Source of the DNA: Candidatus Woykebacteria bacterium RBG_13_40_15
Lineage (GTDB): Bacteria > Patescibacteriota > Microgenomatia > Woykebacterales > RBG-16-39-9b
NCBI GenBank assembly: GCA_001816655.1
Contig: MHCP01000030.1
Location: 69,623-133,622 of the forward strand
Length of the DNA: 64,000 nt
Direction of reading: 5' to 3'
A program made the translations under genes and the position numbers. The first letter of the stretch is position 1, and every line of letters starts with the position of its first letter. Under the pieces are notes generated by a model that saw only the letters and a program-made list of their open reading frames with translations, did not search any database and was not told the origin of the DNA. Shown here one piece after another: positions 8,719-19,416 of this stretch.

Positions 8719-9402
8719 TTAACTTTCCACAACAGGTACAATTCCTTCGATATCTTCTTTCAAAATAGATAGGGCGTTTTTTATTTTTTCTTGGTAAGTT
8801 TCTCCTTTGATATTCTCGTTTTCAAAAATGAAACTACCAGCCACTAGTATATTTGCTCCAAGCTCGGCGCAACGCCGAGCAGTTCCTGGCTCAATTCCCC
8901 CATCAATTTCGACTATAATATCTGGTCGCATGGATCGAAGTTCCGTAATCTTTCCAAGAGTCCCATGGACAAAATGCTGTCTTGAAAAACCCGGGTACAC
9001 AGCTAGCAGCAGCACTGTATCAACTTTATCTATCACATGTTGCAGGCGAGAAACTGGAGTTTCCGGGTTTATTGAAAAACCGATTTGAATATCGTGGTGG
9101 CGCATATGATGAATTAAACCAATAGGATCTCGAGCACTTTCATAAGGCACTATAATTCTAGAAGCTCGGGCTTTAACAAAAGGATCAATCCAATCTTCAA
9201 TAAAATCTACCATTAGCTGAATCTCAAGTTTTTTTAATGTTCTAAAAGAGGTGACTTCTTTATATCCAATTGTCTGGTTTCTGGCAAACTTATTATCGAC
9301 GATATCAATCTGAACCCACTCTGTTAGAGGTTCAATTGCTTTAAATTTTTTATGGTAATCGGCGACAGTTCTACTTAAAATCGCTGGGATTATTTCTGCC
9401 AT
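8719..9402 (-). CDS. rpe: Ribulose-phosphate 3-epimerase
   Basis: IIPAIL, DIVD, V.PGF and IEIDGGI..VAGS; some metal-binding His positions appear diverged. Confidence 0.85.
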   Translation of the reverse strand: MAEIIPAILSRTVADYHKKFKAIEPLTEWVQIDIVDNKFARNQTIGYKEVTSFRTLKKLEIQLMVDFIEDWIDPFVKARASRIIVPYESARDPIGLIHHMRHHDIQIGFSINPETPVSRLQHVIDKVDTVLLLAVYPGFSRQHFVHGTLGKITELRSMRPDIIVEIDGGIEPGTARRCAELGANILVAGSFIFENENIKGETYQEKIKNALSILKEDIEGIVPVVES

Positions 9403-9869
9403 AAAGCCTCGAATTCCTCAATTTTTTTAAGGCGTCTCATGTGCCTCTCTTCAGCTGAAAACTCTGTTGAAAGCCAAGCATCAACTATTCTTTCCGCCTC
9501 CTCGAGCGATAACCCGGGAATTGGAACCAGTGTTTTTCCACCTGAGAGACAGAGTACATTTGCATCGTTACGCTCACGACTCAATTGCGCAGTTGTCGGA
9601 GTCCAAGCTGCAATTGCTCTTACCCACCTAACCTTATTAGCAGCAATACACATACCCTCCGCTGATCCGCAAAACAAAATTGCTTTTGATTTTCCTTTTG
9701 ACTCTGCTACTTTCTCGGCTGCCACAAAAGCAAAATCCGGGTAATCGTCGTCTTTATTTAATACGTGAGCACCCAAATCCTCAACCTCGTAATTATTCTC
9801 TTTAAGATGGTTCTTAATTTTTTCTTTTAACTCAAATCCTGCGTGATCGGAAGCTATATAAATTTTCAT
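9390..9869 (-). CDS. rpiB: Ribose-5-phosphate isomerase B
   Basis: ASDHAG, DYPD, CGS..G and NDANVL motifs. Confidence 0.92.
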   Translation of the reverse strand: MKIYIASDHAGFELKEKIKNHLKENNYEVEDLGAHVLNKDDDYPDFAFVAAEKVAESKGKSKAILFCGSAEGMCIAANKVRWVRAIAAWTPTTAQLSRERNDANVLCLSGGKTLVPIPGLSLEEAERIVDAWLSTEFSAEERHMRRLKKIEEFEALWQK

Positions 9870-9875
9870 AGAGAA

Positions 9876-10886
9876 CTAATTTTTGATTTTCTTTGCCGCC
9901 AAAATTGCCATTTCAACTAACCTATGGGAATAGCCTATTTCATTGTCATACCAAGCAAAAACTTTGGCTAAATTACCCCCTATAACCTGAGTTAGCGGCA
10001 AATCAACAATAGAACTTTCTGTTCGACCGACAATATCAGAAGAGACAATTGGATCACTGCTCACAGCCAAAATCCCTTTCAAGCGGCCGCTTTTTGACGC
10101 TTCTTCCAAAACTTTGTTTATCTCCTGCGCGGTTGTTTCCTTTTTCAACAAAAATGTGAGATCAGAAAGAGAAGCAACCGGAGTTGGAACTCTAATTGCA
10201 ATCCCATCAAATTTTCCCTTAAGATCTGGGATCACCTCTGTGGTGGCAATTGCCGCTCCTGTTGAAGTGGGGACTATATTTTCCGCTGCAGCCCTCGCCC
10301 TTCGTAAATCTTTGTGCGGAGCATCTTGCAGATTTTGATCGGCTGTGTAACTATGAATCGTATTTAGAAAAGCTTTTTCTATCCCAAATTTTTCGTTTAT
10401 TACAGAGACAGGAGGAGCAATCGAATTAGTAGTACAGGAAGCGTTGTTGATAACAGGTTCACTTCCATCGTATTTATCGTGGTTTACCCCAATTAAAAAT
10501 GTTGGAGCGTCTTTTGCTGGTGCTGAAATAATCACTCTTTTTGCTCCAGCTTTAAGATGAGCAGAAGATTTCTCTTTGTCTGCGAATCTTCCTGTACATT
10601 CAAGTACCACATCAACACCCAAGTTTTTCCAGGGGAGAAGCGATGGGTCTTTCTCAGCATAAACGTGATATTTTTTATCATCGATAATTATGTCATTTTG
10701 ATCCGAGGAAATTTTTCGATGATAAATTCCGTAAGCAGTATCGTATTTTAAAAGATGGGCAAGCGTTTTAGCATCAGTCAAATCATTGATAGCGACAATT
10801 TCAACATCATCTGCGTGATTATCTAAAGCAATTTTGAAAGCACTTCGTCCTATTCTACCAAAGCCATTTATACCGATTTTTACCAT
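9876..10886 (-). CDS. gap: Type I glyceraldehyde-3-phosphate dehydrogenase
   Basis: GINGFGRIGR, ASCTTN and WYDNE motifs. Confidence 0.97.
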   Translation of the reverse strand: MVKIGINGFGRIGRSAFKIALDNHADDVEIVAINDLTDAKTLAHLLKYDTAYGIYHRKISSDQNDIIIDDKKYHVYAEKDPSLLPWKNLGVDVVLECTGRFADKEKSSAHLKAGAKRVIISAPAKDAPTFLIGVNHDKYDGSEPVINNASCTTNSIAPPVSVINEKFGIEKAFLNTIHSYTADQNLQDAPHKDLRRARAAAENIVPTSTGAAIATTEVIPDLKGKFDGIAIRVPTPVASLSDLTFLLKKETTAQEINKVLEEASKSGRLKGILAVSSDPIVSSDIVGRTESSIVDLPLTQVIGGNLAKVFAWYDNEIGYSHRLVEMAILAAKKIKN

Positions 10887-11007
10887 ATTATTTCTCCTTT
10901 CTCTCGCAATAATAAGGAGGAATTGAACCTGGAGACACTGGCGTAAGCTAGTCTCGAAGGTTTCAATTCAATCCTATTGATGGCAACATTAAACATAATT
11001 CCTCCTT
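10880..11007 (-). other. gap leader: second SD plus 38-aa uORF starting MFNVAINRI, containing a long hairpin
   Basis: AAAGGAGG then ATG at 10996; stem GAATTGAA(A)CCT..GAGAC..GTCTC..AGGTTCAATTC; uORF stop overlaps the gap start region. Confidence 0.55.
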
Positions 11008-11140
11008 TGTTTTTACTATATACAAGAAAGCTCCGTAAAGCAACACGAAATACGTCTTAAATGGTATAATCGCGAGATTACATCTCGCACTTGTTTCTCT
11101 GGCGAGATATAATTTTCATGAAGGGTAATTTCCTGCCAGT

Positions 11141-13720
11141 ATGACAATTGAAATAACCAAACCCTGGAATTTAACTATTGATCAGGTTTTCAAGGCATTA
11201 CAGACTTCAAGTAATGGTCTTTTACACCATGAAGTTATAAGACGATTAAAGAGACATGGCTTAAATGACATTGAACGAGAGTCTAGGCGAGGCGCATTAA
11301 AAATCTTTTTGAGCCAATATAAAAACCCTCTAATTTTAATTCTAATTGTTGCCAGCATTCTTAGTTTTTTCATGGGTGATCGCCTAGGATCAGTTATTAT
11401 CCTCGTAATGCTTGCTGTTAACTCTCTGATGGGATTTTTCCAGGAGTACCGTTCGGAAAAAGCAGTTGAACTTCTTCGAAGAAAGGCTAGTCTAAAAACT
11501 ACTGTTATTCGAGAAGGTGTAGAACACAGAGTTGATGCAACTGACCTTGTACCTGGAGACATCGTTAAAGTTTTTCAGGGTAGTGTCATTCCAGCCGATT
11601 TACGACTTATTGAAGCAAAAAACTTATCAATCGACGAGTCAATGCTTACAGGTGAGTCAGAACCAGCTGAGAAAAGTAGCAATTTAATTAAAGTAAACCA
11701 GGAAATTCCGCAAGAATTGGAAAATATAGCCTTCATGGGTACAAATGTTGAAACTGGAAATGGGCTTGGGGTTGTTTTTGCCACTGCGGGAAATACCGAG
11801 TTTGGAAAGACAGCTCTTGCTCTTAAAGCAGCTGAGCCAGAAACAGAATTCCAAACCGGAACAAGGAAATTTGGAAATTTTCTTGTTATTGTCATTTTGT
11901 CCCTCGTAGTTTTCATATTTCTGGCAATGGTTTTTATCAAACCAGTATTTCTCGGGATTCCAGCTAATGTACTGGAAGCACTTCTTTTCTCGCTGGCTCT
12001 AGCAATTGGAATCACACCTGAGCTTTTACCAATTATTATTACCATCAATCTTTCTCAAGGTGCCATGATGATGTCCAAAAAGCACGTGATTGTAAAAAAG
12101 CTGATGGCAATAGAGGATATAGGTAACGCAGACGTATTATGTACCGATAAAACGGGTACTATTACAGAAGGAAAGATTTTTTTGGAAGACTACGTTAATT
12201 ACAATGGTTTGCAAGAACCAAAACTGCTACTTTATGGCCTACTTAGTAACACAGAGGTAGATCAGCCAGCAATCACTCACCCCCTTGAAACCGCCCTAGA
12301 CAGATTTACCCAAATGAGAAAGGAAATAACAGATGAAGCCAACTCGTTTAAAAAAATTGATACTCTGCCATTTGACTTCGAAAGAAAGCTCAACACCGTT
12401 CTAGCTAAAAATAAAGAAGGCTATTTTGTAATTTCAAAGGGGGCAACTGAAAAAATCTTAAAAACCTGTTCATCAATTTACATTGAAAAGAACCGGACGC
12501 TTTTGCTGGAAGGTTATCGAAAAATTTTACGAGAAAAATTTATTCAGCTAAGTAGTAGTGGTTTAAGAATACTGGCAGTCGCCTCGAAAAAAATTAAAGC
12601 AAAAAATAAACTCGCAAAGTCTGATGAGAAAAATCTCACATTTGAAGGTTTTCTTGTTTTCTCAGACCGACCGAAACACACAGCTCCTGAAACAATTAAA
12701 GACTTGGAGAATCTCGGTGTGCAAGTAAAAATATTAACTGGTGATAACGAATATGTCACAAAGCATATTTGCGATCAAGTAGGGATTGAAGTTAAAAACA
12801 TAATCACTGGGGAGTCGATCGATGTACTAACGGATAGTGAGTTTGCTGAGACAGTAGCTGAAGCAACTATTTTTGCAAAAGTCACTCCAGAGCATAAACT
12901 TCGGATTATTCAGGCTATAAAACAAGCTGGGCATACAGTTGCTTTTATGGGAGATGGCGCAAACGATGCCCCAGCTCTCAAAGCTGCTGATGTTGGTATC
13001 TCAGTTGACACTGCGCTTGATATCGCAAAAGAAGCGGCTGATATTATATTACTCCGAAAAGGCCTCGACGTGTTAATAGAAGCAGTAAAGGATGGGCGGA
13101 GGACTTTTGGTAATTCAATGAAATACATTTTCACAACTTCTAGCGCCAACTTCGGAAATATGATTAGTCTTGCTGGAGCTTCTATGTTTATCCGCTTTAT
13201 CCCACTTTTACCCGCTCAGGTAATATTACTAAACATTTTAAGCGATCTACCTTCTCTAGCAATTTCCACCGACAATGTAGACTCAGAGTATCTGAAAAAA
13301 CCAAAGCATTGGGATATCCATGAGATTAGTAGATTTATGGTTCCATTTGGCCTTATTAGCTCGATTTTCGATGTTACAACTTTTTTCCTTCTGTTTTACG
13401 CTATTAGTCATTTGGCCAACCATGAAAGTCTTTTCAGAACTGGGTGGTTTATCGAATCCCTACTTACTGAAATATTTGTGATTTATCTTATTAGAACAAG
13501 AAGGGCATTTTGGAATAGTCGTCCAAGCAGCGTGTTACTTATCGCAGGCCTATTATCATTTTTTGTCGGGGCAGCTTTCATCTATACTCCAATTTCTCAA
13601 ATATTCCAATTTGTCGCCCCGCCTGTGAATATCTTAATGATTATCGGATTAATCTTGGTAGCCTACCTCTGCCTCACCGAATTCGCAAAAAGGATTTACT
13701 ACAAAAAAGTCAGCATTTAA
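11141..13720 (+). CDS. mgtA: Magnesium-translocating P-type ATPase
   Basis: TGES, PELLP, DKTGT, KGA, TGDN and GDGAND motifs; SANFGN typical of P3B. Confidence 0.88.
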   Translation: MTIEITKPWNLTIDQVFKALQTSSNGLLHHEVIRRLKRHGLNDIERESRRGALKIFLSQYKNPLILILIVASILSFFMGDRLGSVIILVMLAVNSLMGFFQEYRSEKAVELLRRKASLKTTVIREGVEHRVDATDLVPGDIVKVFQGSVIPADLRLIEAKNLSIDESMLTGESEPAEKSSNLIKVNQEIPQELENIAFMGTNVETGNGLGVVFATAGNTEFGKTALALKAAEPETEFQTGTRKFGNFLVIVILSLVVFIFLAMVFIKPVFLGIPANVLEALLFSLALAIGITPELLPIIITINLSQGAMMMSKKHVIVKKLMAIEDIGNADVLCTDKTGTITEGKIFLEDYVNYNGLQEPKLLLYGLLSNTEVDQPAITHPLETALDRFTQMRKEITDEANSFKKIDTLPFDFERKLNTVLAKNKEGYFVISKGATEKILKTCSSIYIEKNRTLLLEGYRKILREKFIQLSSSGLRILAVASKKIKAKNKLAKSDEKNLTFEGFLVFSDRPKHTAPETIKDLENLGVQVKILTGDNEYVTKHICDQVGIEVKNIITGESIDVLTDSEFAETVAEATIFAKVTPEHKLRIIQAIKQAGHTVAFMGDGANDAPALKAADVGISVDTALDIAKEAADIILLRKGLDVLIEAVKDGRRTFGNSMKYIFTTSSANFGNMISLAGASMFIRFIPLLPAQVILLNILSDLPSLAISTDNVDSEYLKKPKHWDIHEISRFMVPFGLISSIFDVTTFFLLFYAISHLANHESLFRTGWFIESLLTEIFVIYLIRTRRAFWNSRPSSVLLIAGLLSFFVGAAFIYTPISQIFQFVAPPVNILMIIGLILVAYLCLTEFAKRIYYKKVSI

Positions 13721-13744
13721 ATAAGGTTTGCCGAAGAAAGGCTA

Positions 13745-13770
13745 AGGGCGGCCTGGAAAAGGTCGCCCTT
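13745..13770. terminator. GC-rich hairpin between convergent genes
   Basis: AAGGGCGGCCT-GGAAA-AGGTCGCCCTT. Confidence 0.6.
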
Positions 13771-13789
13771 GCATAGACGTTCGCTGGAA

Positions 13790-14224
13790 CTACGACGGGA
13801 CTACCAGTAGCTGACGTGTTCGTTCGTTAGTGACGAGCCAGCTAGCCATCTCCTTTATGGCAGCTCTCTCCTGTTCACCTACTCGACTTTCATAATACCT
13901 TAGAGATTCCTCTCTAGCAGTATCGATCACGCGCATGCGGCTACTACCAGCTCGGTGTATCGTCTCAACGATACCCAACAAGATCCAGGTAAGAAACCCG
14001 CTGACCTGCTGGCAGTAAGGAAAGGCTGGGGACCGTTCGACAAAACTGAAGCCCTCAAACAGACCCGAGTATTCGTTCTCGAATTGCTCACGAAGCAGTC
14101 TTATCGCTTCCGCCCATTTCCCATCATTTAGCGTGAGATCAAGGCCTTTTGGGAGACAGAACAGAAGCATGGACAGGAATTGAAGACTCCCAATCCTGTT
14201 TCCAGTTGTGGGTGCTGTAGTCAT
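13790..14224 (-). CDS. GC-rich orphan hypothetical protein
   Basis: SD GAAGGAAGGTGA, TGGTATAAT upstream, hairpin downstream. Confidence 0.6.
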   Translation of the reverse strand: MTTAPTTGNRIGSLQFLSMLLFCLPKGLDLTLNDGKWAEAIRLLREQFENEYSGLFEGFSFVERSPAFPYCQQVSGFLTWILLGIVETIHRAGSSRMRVIDTAREESLRYYESRVGEQERAAIKEMASWLVTNERTRQLLVVPS

Positions 14225-14392
14225 CTGCTCACCTTCCTTCCGTCAGTAATACCCAACCAACGCGCTAATTATACCATAGGGTATGATTAAAGAAGAGATT
14301 ACACGTCTTGTAAAAGAATTATGGGTGTAGAAAATTTTAGTTTTCGATTTTCCCGTTGGGGGGATTTATTTCAACGGATTAGAGTAAGGGGA

Positions 14393-14959
14393 TTATTTAT
14401 TGTTAATCTCTTTTTGTCTATCATTTAATTCTCTCTCAAATATTTCTTTAGCTGTCTTTGTATAAAAAGTATTTTTGCTGCGAAATTCCCAAATTTCTCT
14501 CGGAGTTGAGCCATAAGATTTTACATCGCTGTAAAAAGATTCTTTGTATGTGTCTGATAAAGTATCGGCATCAATTAGAATTTGCTTTTCTTTCTCCTTT
14601 GGTTCTGTAAATTTGTGAGCAACAACTATGTCAACTATCCTCTCTATTTTGTCTTTGTCGTAATTTACTTTGGTAAGGAGCTCTCTAATAATTTTTGGGG
14701 CTTTTTGGATATGCTCTTGAAGGGCCTTGTTCTTTCTTTCTTCATCCTTCGCAAGTTGAAGCTTTTCCGAAACTTCTGACCAACCAACATCATGTAAAAT
14801 CGCGGCTGGGATTAAGAAGGTAGTGTCTCCTCCCTCACCAGCAATAATCTCCCTCATCGCCTTTTCCACCATTTTCGTGTGAATCAAAAAATCTTTTCTC
14901 TTTGCTTTAAAAAGAAGTGGCTCGACAAGTTTCCAAATTTCTTGATAGCTTTCTTCCAT
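14393..14959 (-). CDS. HD-domain phosphohydrolase
   Basis: H...AILHDVG...H...DAD pattern. Confidence 0.85.
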   Translation of the reverse strand: MEESYQEIWKLVEPLLFKAKRKDFLIHTKMVEKAMREIIAGEGGDTTFLIPAAILHDVGWSEVSEKLQLAKDEERKNKALQEHIQKAPKIIRELLTKVNYDKDKIERIVDIVVAHKFTEPKEKEKQILIDADTLSDTYKESFYSDVKSYGSTPREIWEFRSKNTFYTKTAKEIFERELNDRQKEINNK

Positions 14960-14962
14960 AAA

Positions 14963-15640
14963 CTAACTTTCGATTTTTCCGTCGCGGAGTTTAATGATTC
15001 GGCGGCAAGTCTTAGCAATTTCGGGATTGTGAGTAACAAGCACAAACGTCTGATTTTCCTTTTTATTTAGATCTTTTAAGAGAGTGATAATTTCCATTGA
15101 AGTTTGGGTATCGAGTTCGCCAGTTGGTTCATCAGCTAAAATAATTGCCGGTTTATTTACTAGGGCGCGGGCAACCGCTACTCTTTGCTGTTCTCCACCG
15201 GAAAGTTCGTTTGGTTTGTGATTTAGTCTTTTTCCAAGACCAACGTCAGTTAAAATTTCGGTTGCTTCCTTTTTGGCATTATTTTTTCTACCTGAATATT
15301 CAACCGCGAGCATTACGTTTTCCAAAGCCGTCAGAGTCGGGATAAGATTGTACCCTTGAAAAATAAAACCAATTTTTCTTCCGCGGATTTTATAAAGTCC
15401 AGAGATTTTTTCCTTGGAAATTTCTTCCCTATCAAGCCACACCTGTCCTTTTGTTGCAGTATCCAGCGCCCCCATTATATGCATCAGGGTGCTTTTTCCA
15501 GAACCTGATGGACCAATAATTGCTGTGAATTCCCCCTTTTTTATTTGCAGATTTATTCCTTGCAAAGCGCGTACAACATTTTCTTTGCTAAGATCGTAAT
15601 ATTTATGCAGTTCTTTTACTTCCAAAATTACTTCGTCCAT
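14963..15640 (-). CDS. ABC transporter ATP-binding protein (LolD/MacB type)
   Basis: [23 protein letters not shown] and VTH motifs. Confidence 0.93.
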   Translation of the reverse strand: MDEVILEVKELHKYYDLSKENVVRALQGINLQIKKGEFTAIIGPSGSGKSTLMHIMGALDTATKGQVWLDREEISKEKISGLYKIRGRKIGFIFQGYNLIPTLTALENVMLAVEYSGRKNNAKKEATEILTDVGLGKRLNHKPNELSGGEQQRVAVARALVNKPAIILADEPTGELDTQTSMEIITLLKDLNKKENQTFVLVTHNPEIAKTCRRIIKLRDGKIES

Positions 15641-16813
15641 TTATTCACTCCTCAAAGCTTGAATTGGATTCAAGCGTGATGCGTACCAAGCAGGGTAAAG
15701 ACCGGCAAACGCACCAAGGAAAGTTGAAAACGCCACCGACCCAATTGCTAGTCTTGGTGTAGTCAAAAATATAATTTGGCCACTAGAAGCCGTAATTGCA
15801 TTAATAATTCGAACAGTTCCCCAGCCTAAAAGAAGGCCCATTAATCCTCCAAGTAGTCCCATTACTGCTGCTTCAAGAACAAACTCTCTTAAAATTCTAA
15901 AATTTGAAGCACCGATTGCTTTTTTGATACCGATTTCGCGAATCCTCTCAGTTACCGACATAATCATTGTATTAATAATAGAGAAACTACCAACGATTAA
16001 AGCGATAAGACCAACAGCGTAAATAATTAAATTGAAAATAGCTACTGAACTGGCAATTTGTTTTTTAAATTCATCTGGAGCTAGCGCTTTTACATCTTTC
16101 ACCTTTTCATTGATCTGCTTTGTTATCTCATTTGGATCGAAACCATCTTTAACCAAGACAGAAATAGAAGTAGCTATATCTTCTTTTTTTACAGACGACC
16201 TGAAAGCGGCTGGCAGTGTATTTAAATAAAGTTCTTGCGCATCCGGGAGATTTATTGAGATTGAATTGTCTGGGGCTGAAAAAGTTTTATCATAAACGCC
16301 TACAACCTCAAAGTCTTTCCCCTTCAGTTTAATTGTGCCCCCGACCTTTGCATTTAATTTTTTAGGCATATCCGAACCTAAAACAGCCTTTCTGATATCA
16401 TTTTTTTGAATATCTCTGCCAGTAGCAATCGTCAACATAGCCGCCGATGGGTCGTCCTTCATCTGATCTGGGTCATAACCTCCAATCGAATCGGGCACAC
16501 CAAAACTTACCCCACTTATATCGTCTTCTTTCAACATTTCGACGCTTGCGTAAGCGTTTTTCACACCTTCAATTTTTTTAATTTCGTCTATTTTTGAAAT
16601 TGAGAGAGGAGTTCCGCCAAAAAAAGACATCCCACTTTTTGCATCTTGGACCGTGATTCTTGTTCCATAATACTCAAGACCGCCTTGAACCAACTTGTTT
16701 AGTTTTTCAGCAAGAGACCCCATTACTACCAAGGCGAAGATACCAATAGCAATACCAAATATCGTCAAAGCACCGCGGATTTTTCGCCTAAAAATGTTTC
16801 GGATTATTTTCAT
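15641..16813 (-). CDS. ABC transporter permease (MacB/FtsX family)
   Basis: ER.REIGI.KAIGA motif, C-terminal P...A.RL.PI.ALR.E, large extracytoplasmic domain. Confidence 0.92.
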   Translation of the reverse strand: MKIIRNIFRRKIRGALTIFGIAIGIFALVVMGSLAEKLNKLVQGGLEYYGTRITVQDAKSGMSFFGGTPLSISKIDEIKKIEGVKNAYASVEMLKEDDISGVSFGVPDSIGGYDPDQMKDDPSAAMLTIATGRDIQKNDIRKAVLGSDMPKKLNAKVGGTIKLKGKDFEVVGVYDKTFSAPDNSISINLPDAQELYLNTLPAAFRSSVKKEDIATSISVLVKDGFDPNEITKQINEKVKDVKALAPDEFKKQIASSVAIFNLIIYAVGLIALIVGSFSIINTMIMSVTERIREIGIKKAIGASNFRILREFVLEAAVMGLLGGLMGLLLGWGTVRIINAITASSGQIIFLTTPRLAIGSVAFSTFLGAFAGLYPAWYASRLNPIQALRSE

Positions 16814-16886
16814 GAGAATTAATTGTAACTAAAGTAGTGAATACTTACAAGGCTACATTGTCTTTTTAATTGGGCTAAGTAAGAAA

Positions 16887-17822
16887 TTACTGATAAGTGT
16901 CTTTCAAGATTTCACTCGGTTTATTTGGGTTGCGATAACCTCCGACAGTTGGATCATAAGAACTCAACGGTAATATAAAACTCTGCCCGGTTGATGGCGA
17001 AACTAAGTCGCTTTCCTGACCCATAATAGCATCGGAAAATTCATGCGAGGTTTTTTCTTGAGATTTGCTTCGATACTCCCAAGCTTCCATCAGAGGAGAT
17101 GAATCATTAGATAAATCAGCGGCTGTCGGCAAGCGTACCTTATCAATTCCACCAGCTTTCGAGGGATTAATAATTGTGATTGACTGAGCTACTCTCTCCA
17201 AAGTTGGTGCCCACTTACTCCATTTATCAGGTGTTGTCTGAAACGCAATTATCATTCCCATAAATTGCCCATAGCCATTTAAAACACCGGCGCTGGCTTT
17301 TGCTTTCAGGGTCTTCCCGTTTTTCTGAAACGTGAAAGTTTTAGTTTTCATTTTCCAAGTCAGGTTATTACATGGATCTTTAACCGATTCTTCGGCTGAT
17401 TCATTTTCCACCTTCATATTCGTACCGCCAACAGCCTGAACCATAAAACTAATAAAACCATCGGGAGTCTGGTAACCGTACCAACCAACCGCAACCGCTC
17501 CTGTTGCTCCAGTGTTGTTATCGGCCGGATCCATAATATCGATACCGCTTTCATTATCCGTAATAGACCAGCCCTTTGGGACTTTGGCACCAAAAACTTG
17601 TCCCTTGTAGGCAACTAATATGTAGGCAAACGATTGCGAGGATTGGGATTTTGATTGATTAGTTTGTTGGGGTTGCTCTTTGCTGGAGTTTTGGGTGGAA
17701 TTTGTGGGCTTTTTATTTATCTCTAAATAGTACAAGCCTGAACCTGATACAATTAAAACCACGGTAATTACGATGAACAAAAGTACTAATCGTTTTTTGG
17801 TTAGGCTTTTGCTTAGGTGCAT
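16887..17822 (-). CDS. Membrane-anchored extracellular hypothetical protein
   Basis: N-terminal TM followed by a Q/S linker. Confidence 0.65.
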   Translation of the reverse strand: MHLSKSLTKKRLVLLFIVITVVLIVSGSGLYYLEINKKPTNSTQNSSKEQPQQTNQSKSQSSQSFAYILVAYKGQVFGAKVPKGWSITDNESGIDIMDPADNNTGATGAVAVGWYGYQTPDGFISFMVQAVGGTNMKVENESAEESVKDPCNNLTWKMKTKTFTFQKNGKTLKAKASAGVLNGYGQFMGMIIAFQTTPDKWSKWAPTLERVAQSITIINPSKAGGIDKVRLPTAADLSNDSSPLMEAWEYRSKSQEKTSHEFSDAIMGQESDLVSPSTGQSFILPLSSYDPTVGGYRNPNKPSEILKDTYQ

Positions 17823-17859
17823 CTATTTATAGTTTACAATAAATACATTTTGTTTTCAG

Positions 17860-18573
17860 TCAATCTCCCATCCTTTTTTGGACTGGTTCACTTTGAAGTT
17901 CGCGAAGGGCATCGGATGCAATCCATTTTGCAGACCTCGAATCCATCTTAGAAATTTCTTTCGCAACTTCGATTGCTTTTTTGTTTAAATTCTTGTTTCT
18001 TTTTCCAATTTGCCGAAGGGCCCAATTAACTGCTTTTTTAACATAATTTCGCTCATCGACTGCCTCTCTTTTTATTAAAGGAAAAAATCTTTCGAAGTCA
18101 GAATCTTTTAAATCTTTGTTATGAACTGAAAGACAAGCCATCAGTGTAAAGGCTGTTCTTTTTTCAAATTCAGCTTCTTTTTTAGCTAGCTCAAAAACTT
18201 TTTTATAAGCAAAGGGTGTTTTATCAAGGAGATTACTACAAACTTGGTCGCAGATATCCCAGGAATTAAAATCGGCTACCCAAGAATCAAATTGCTCTTC
18301 TGTTACTTTTTCCGGCTCATCAACTTGGCTTGCCAAATGCCTCGCTTCGTGGATTCCGCTGTCCCAAAGTCTCAGCGCTAACTCATGGTTTTTCGGAATC
18401 CCCTTTGCAATATCGCGCAAAGTATAGATTGAAATTCCAAGAGCCGCCTTTGTATTTATCCCAAACCTAGCCATTCCTTCCCTATTTTTTTGATTCGAAA
18501 GCGATTCTAACTTTAAAATAATTTCTTTATAATTCACTCTATCTCCTGATTTTATTAATAAATTAATCTTCAA
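17860..18573 (-). CDS. DNA alkylation repair protein (AlkD-like HEAT-repeat family)
   Basis: SWDICD and DERNYVKKAVNWALRQIGKRN motifs. Confidence 0.85.
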   Translation of the reverse strand: MKINLLIKSGDRVNYKEIILKLESLSNQKNREGMARFGINTKAALGISIYTLRDIAKGIPKNHELALRLWDSGIHEARHLASQVDEPEKVTEEQFDSWVADFNSWDICDQVCSNLLDKTPFAYKKVFELAKKEAEFEKRTAFTLMACLSVHNKDLKDSDFERFFPLIKREAVDERNYVKKAVNWALRQIGKRNKNLNKKAIEVAKEISKMDSRSAKWIASDALRELQSEPVQKRMGD

Positions 18574-19147
18574 AATTTAGTCTTCTTTGAATTTTCTGTA
18601 TAGTAAAACCAAGAAATTTAAGCTGTCTATCGAACTTACTAACAACATATATAACTGCTACTCCCAATAAAGCACCGGCTAGAACGTCGCTTGGGTAGTG
18701 AACTCCCGCATAAACCCTTGAAAAAGCGTAAAAACCGGCGAGAAAGAGTGCGGCGCTACCGATTTTCTTATTTGCAAAAAATATTGCCGTTGCAAGAGCG
18801 AAACCAACAGTAGCTGCATTACTTGGAAAGGAGGGATCCGTAGGCTTGTAAAAAAGTAGGTTAGTTGATAGCTCTCCAAAGGGCCGTACTCTAACAAAAA
18901 AATGGTTGCTCAAGGCTATTATTAAGCTTAGCACACCAATAGAAATACTTGCTGAAACAACCATTCTTTGACTCCTCTCTTTTACATTACTTGGTCTAAA
19001 CCAGAGATAAAGAAGGATCAAAGCAAGCGTTACAGGGACAAAATACTCATTCACTACCAATTTAACAAGATCGTCAAAAACCGGAAATTTGCCAACAAAG
19101 CTGTTGATAAATAAAAAAAGGTTTTTATCTAAACTGAGTAGATTCAT
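18563..19147 (-). CDS. PAP2 phosphatase (undecaprenyl-diphosphatase BcrC-like)
   Basis: R.RP, SFPS and SRVYAGVHYPSD motifs. Confidence 0.88.
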   Translation of the reverse strand: MNLLSLDKNLFLFINSFVGKFPVFDDLVKLVVNEYFVPVTLALILLYLWFRPSNVKERSQRMVVSASISIGVLSLIIALSNHFFVRVRPFGELSTNLLFYKPTDPSFPSNAATVGFALATAIFFANKKIGSAALFLAGFYAFSRVYAGVHYPSDVLAGALLGVAVIYVVSKFDRQLKFLGFTIQKIQRRLNFED

Positions 19148-19416
19148 CTTTTATTGTAAAAATACTTTAAATACTTAGTGAGCAGAATTGAAACTAGAGA
19201 TGCAAAAGCAAAAATCAAAAAGAGCTGAGTTCCTTCTACTACGGAATGGACATTGCGATTTCTAACTGTAAAGAACCAAACGTAGGAAATAAATATAAGA
19301 ACAGCTCCAATAAAAAACCGGATTGACTTTTTGTTGGAGAAGGCAAGTTGCAGTGTCCCAAAAGTCGCCAACAAAACAAATATAAAATATTCAACAACAT
19401 ACGGATTCATTTCCAT
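19144..19416 (-). CDS. Small three-TM membrane protein
   Basis: Hydrophobic; overlaps the PAP2 start by 4 nt. Confidence 0.6.
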   Translation of the reverse strand: MEMNPYVVEYFIFVLLATFGTLQLAFSNKKSIRFFIGAVLIFISYVWFFTVRNRNVHSVVEGTQLFLIFAFASLVSILLTKYLKYFYNKR

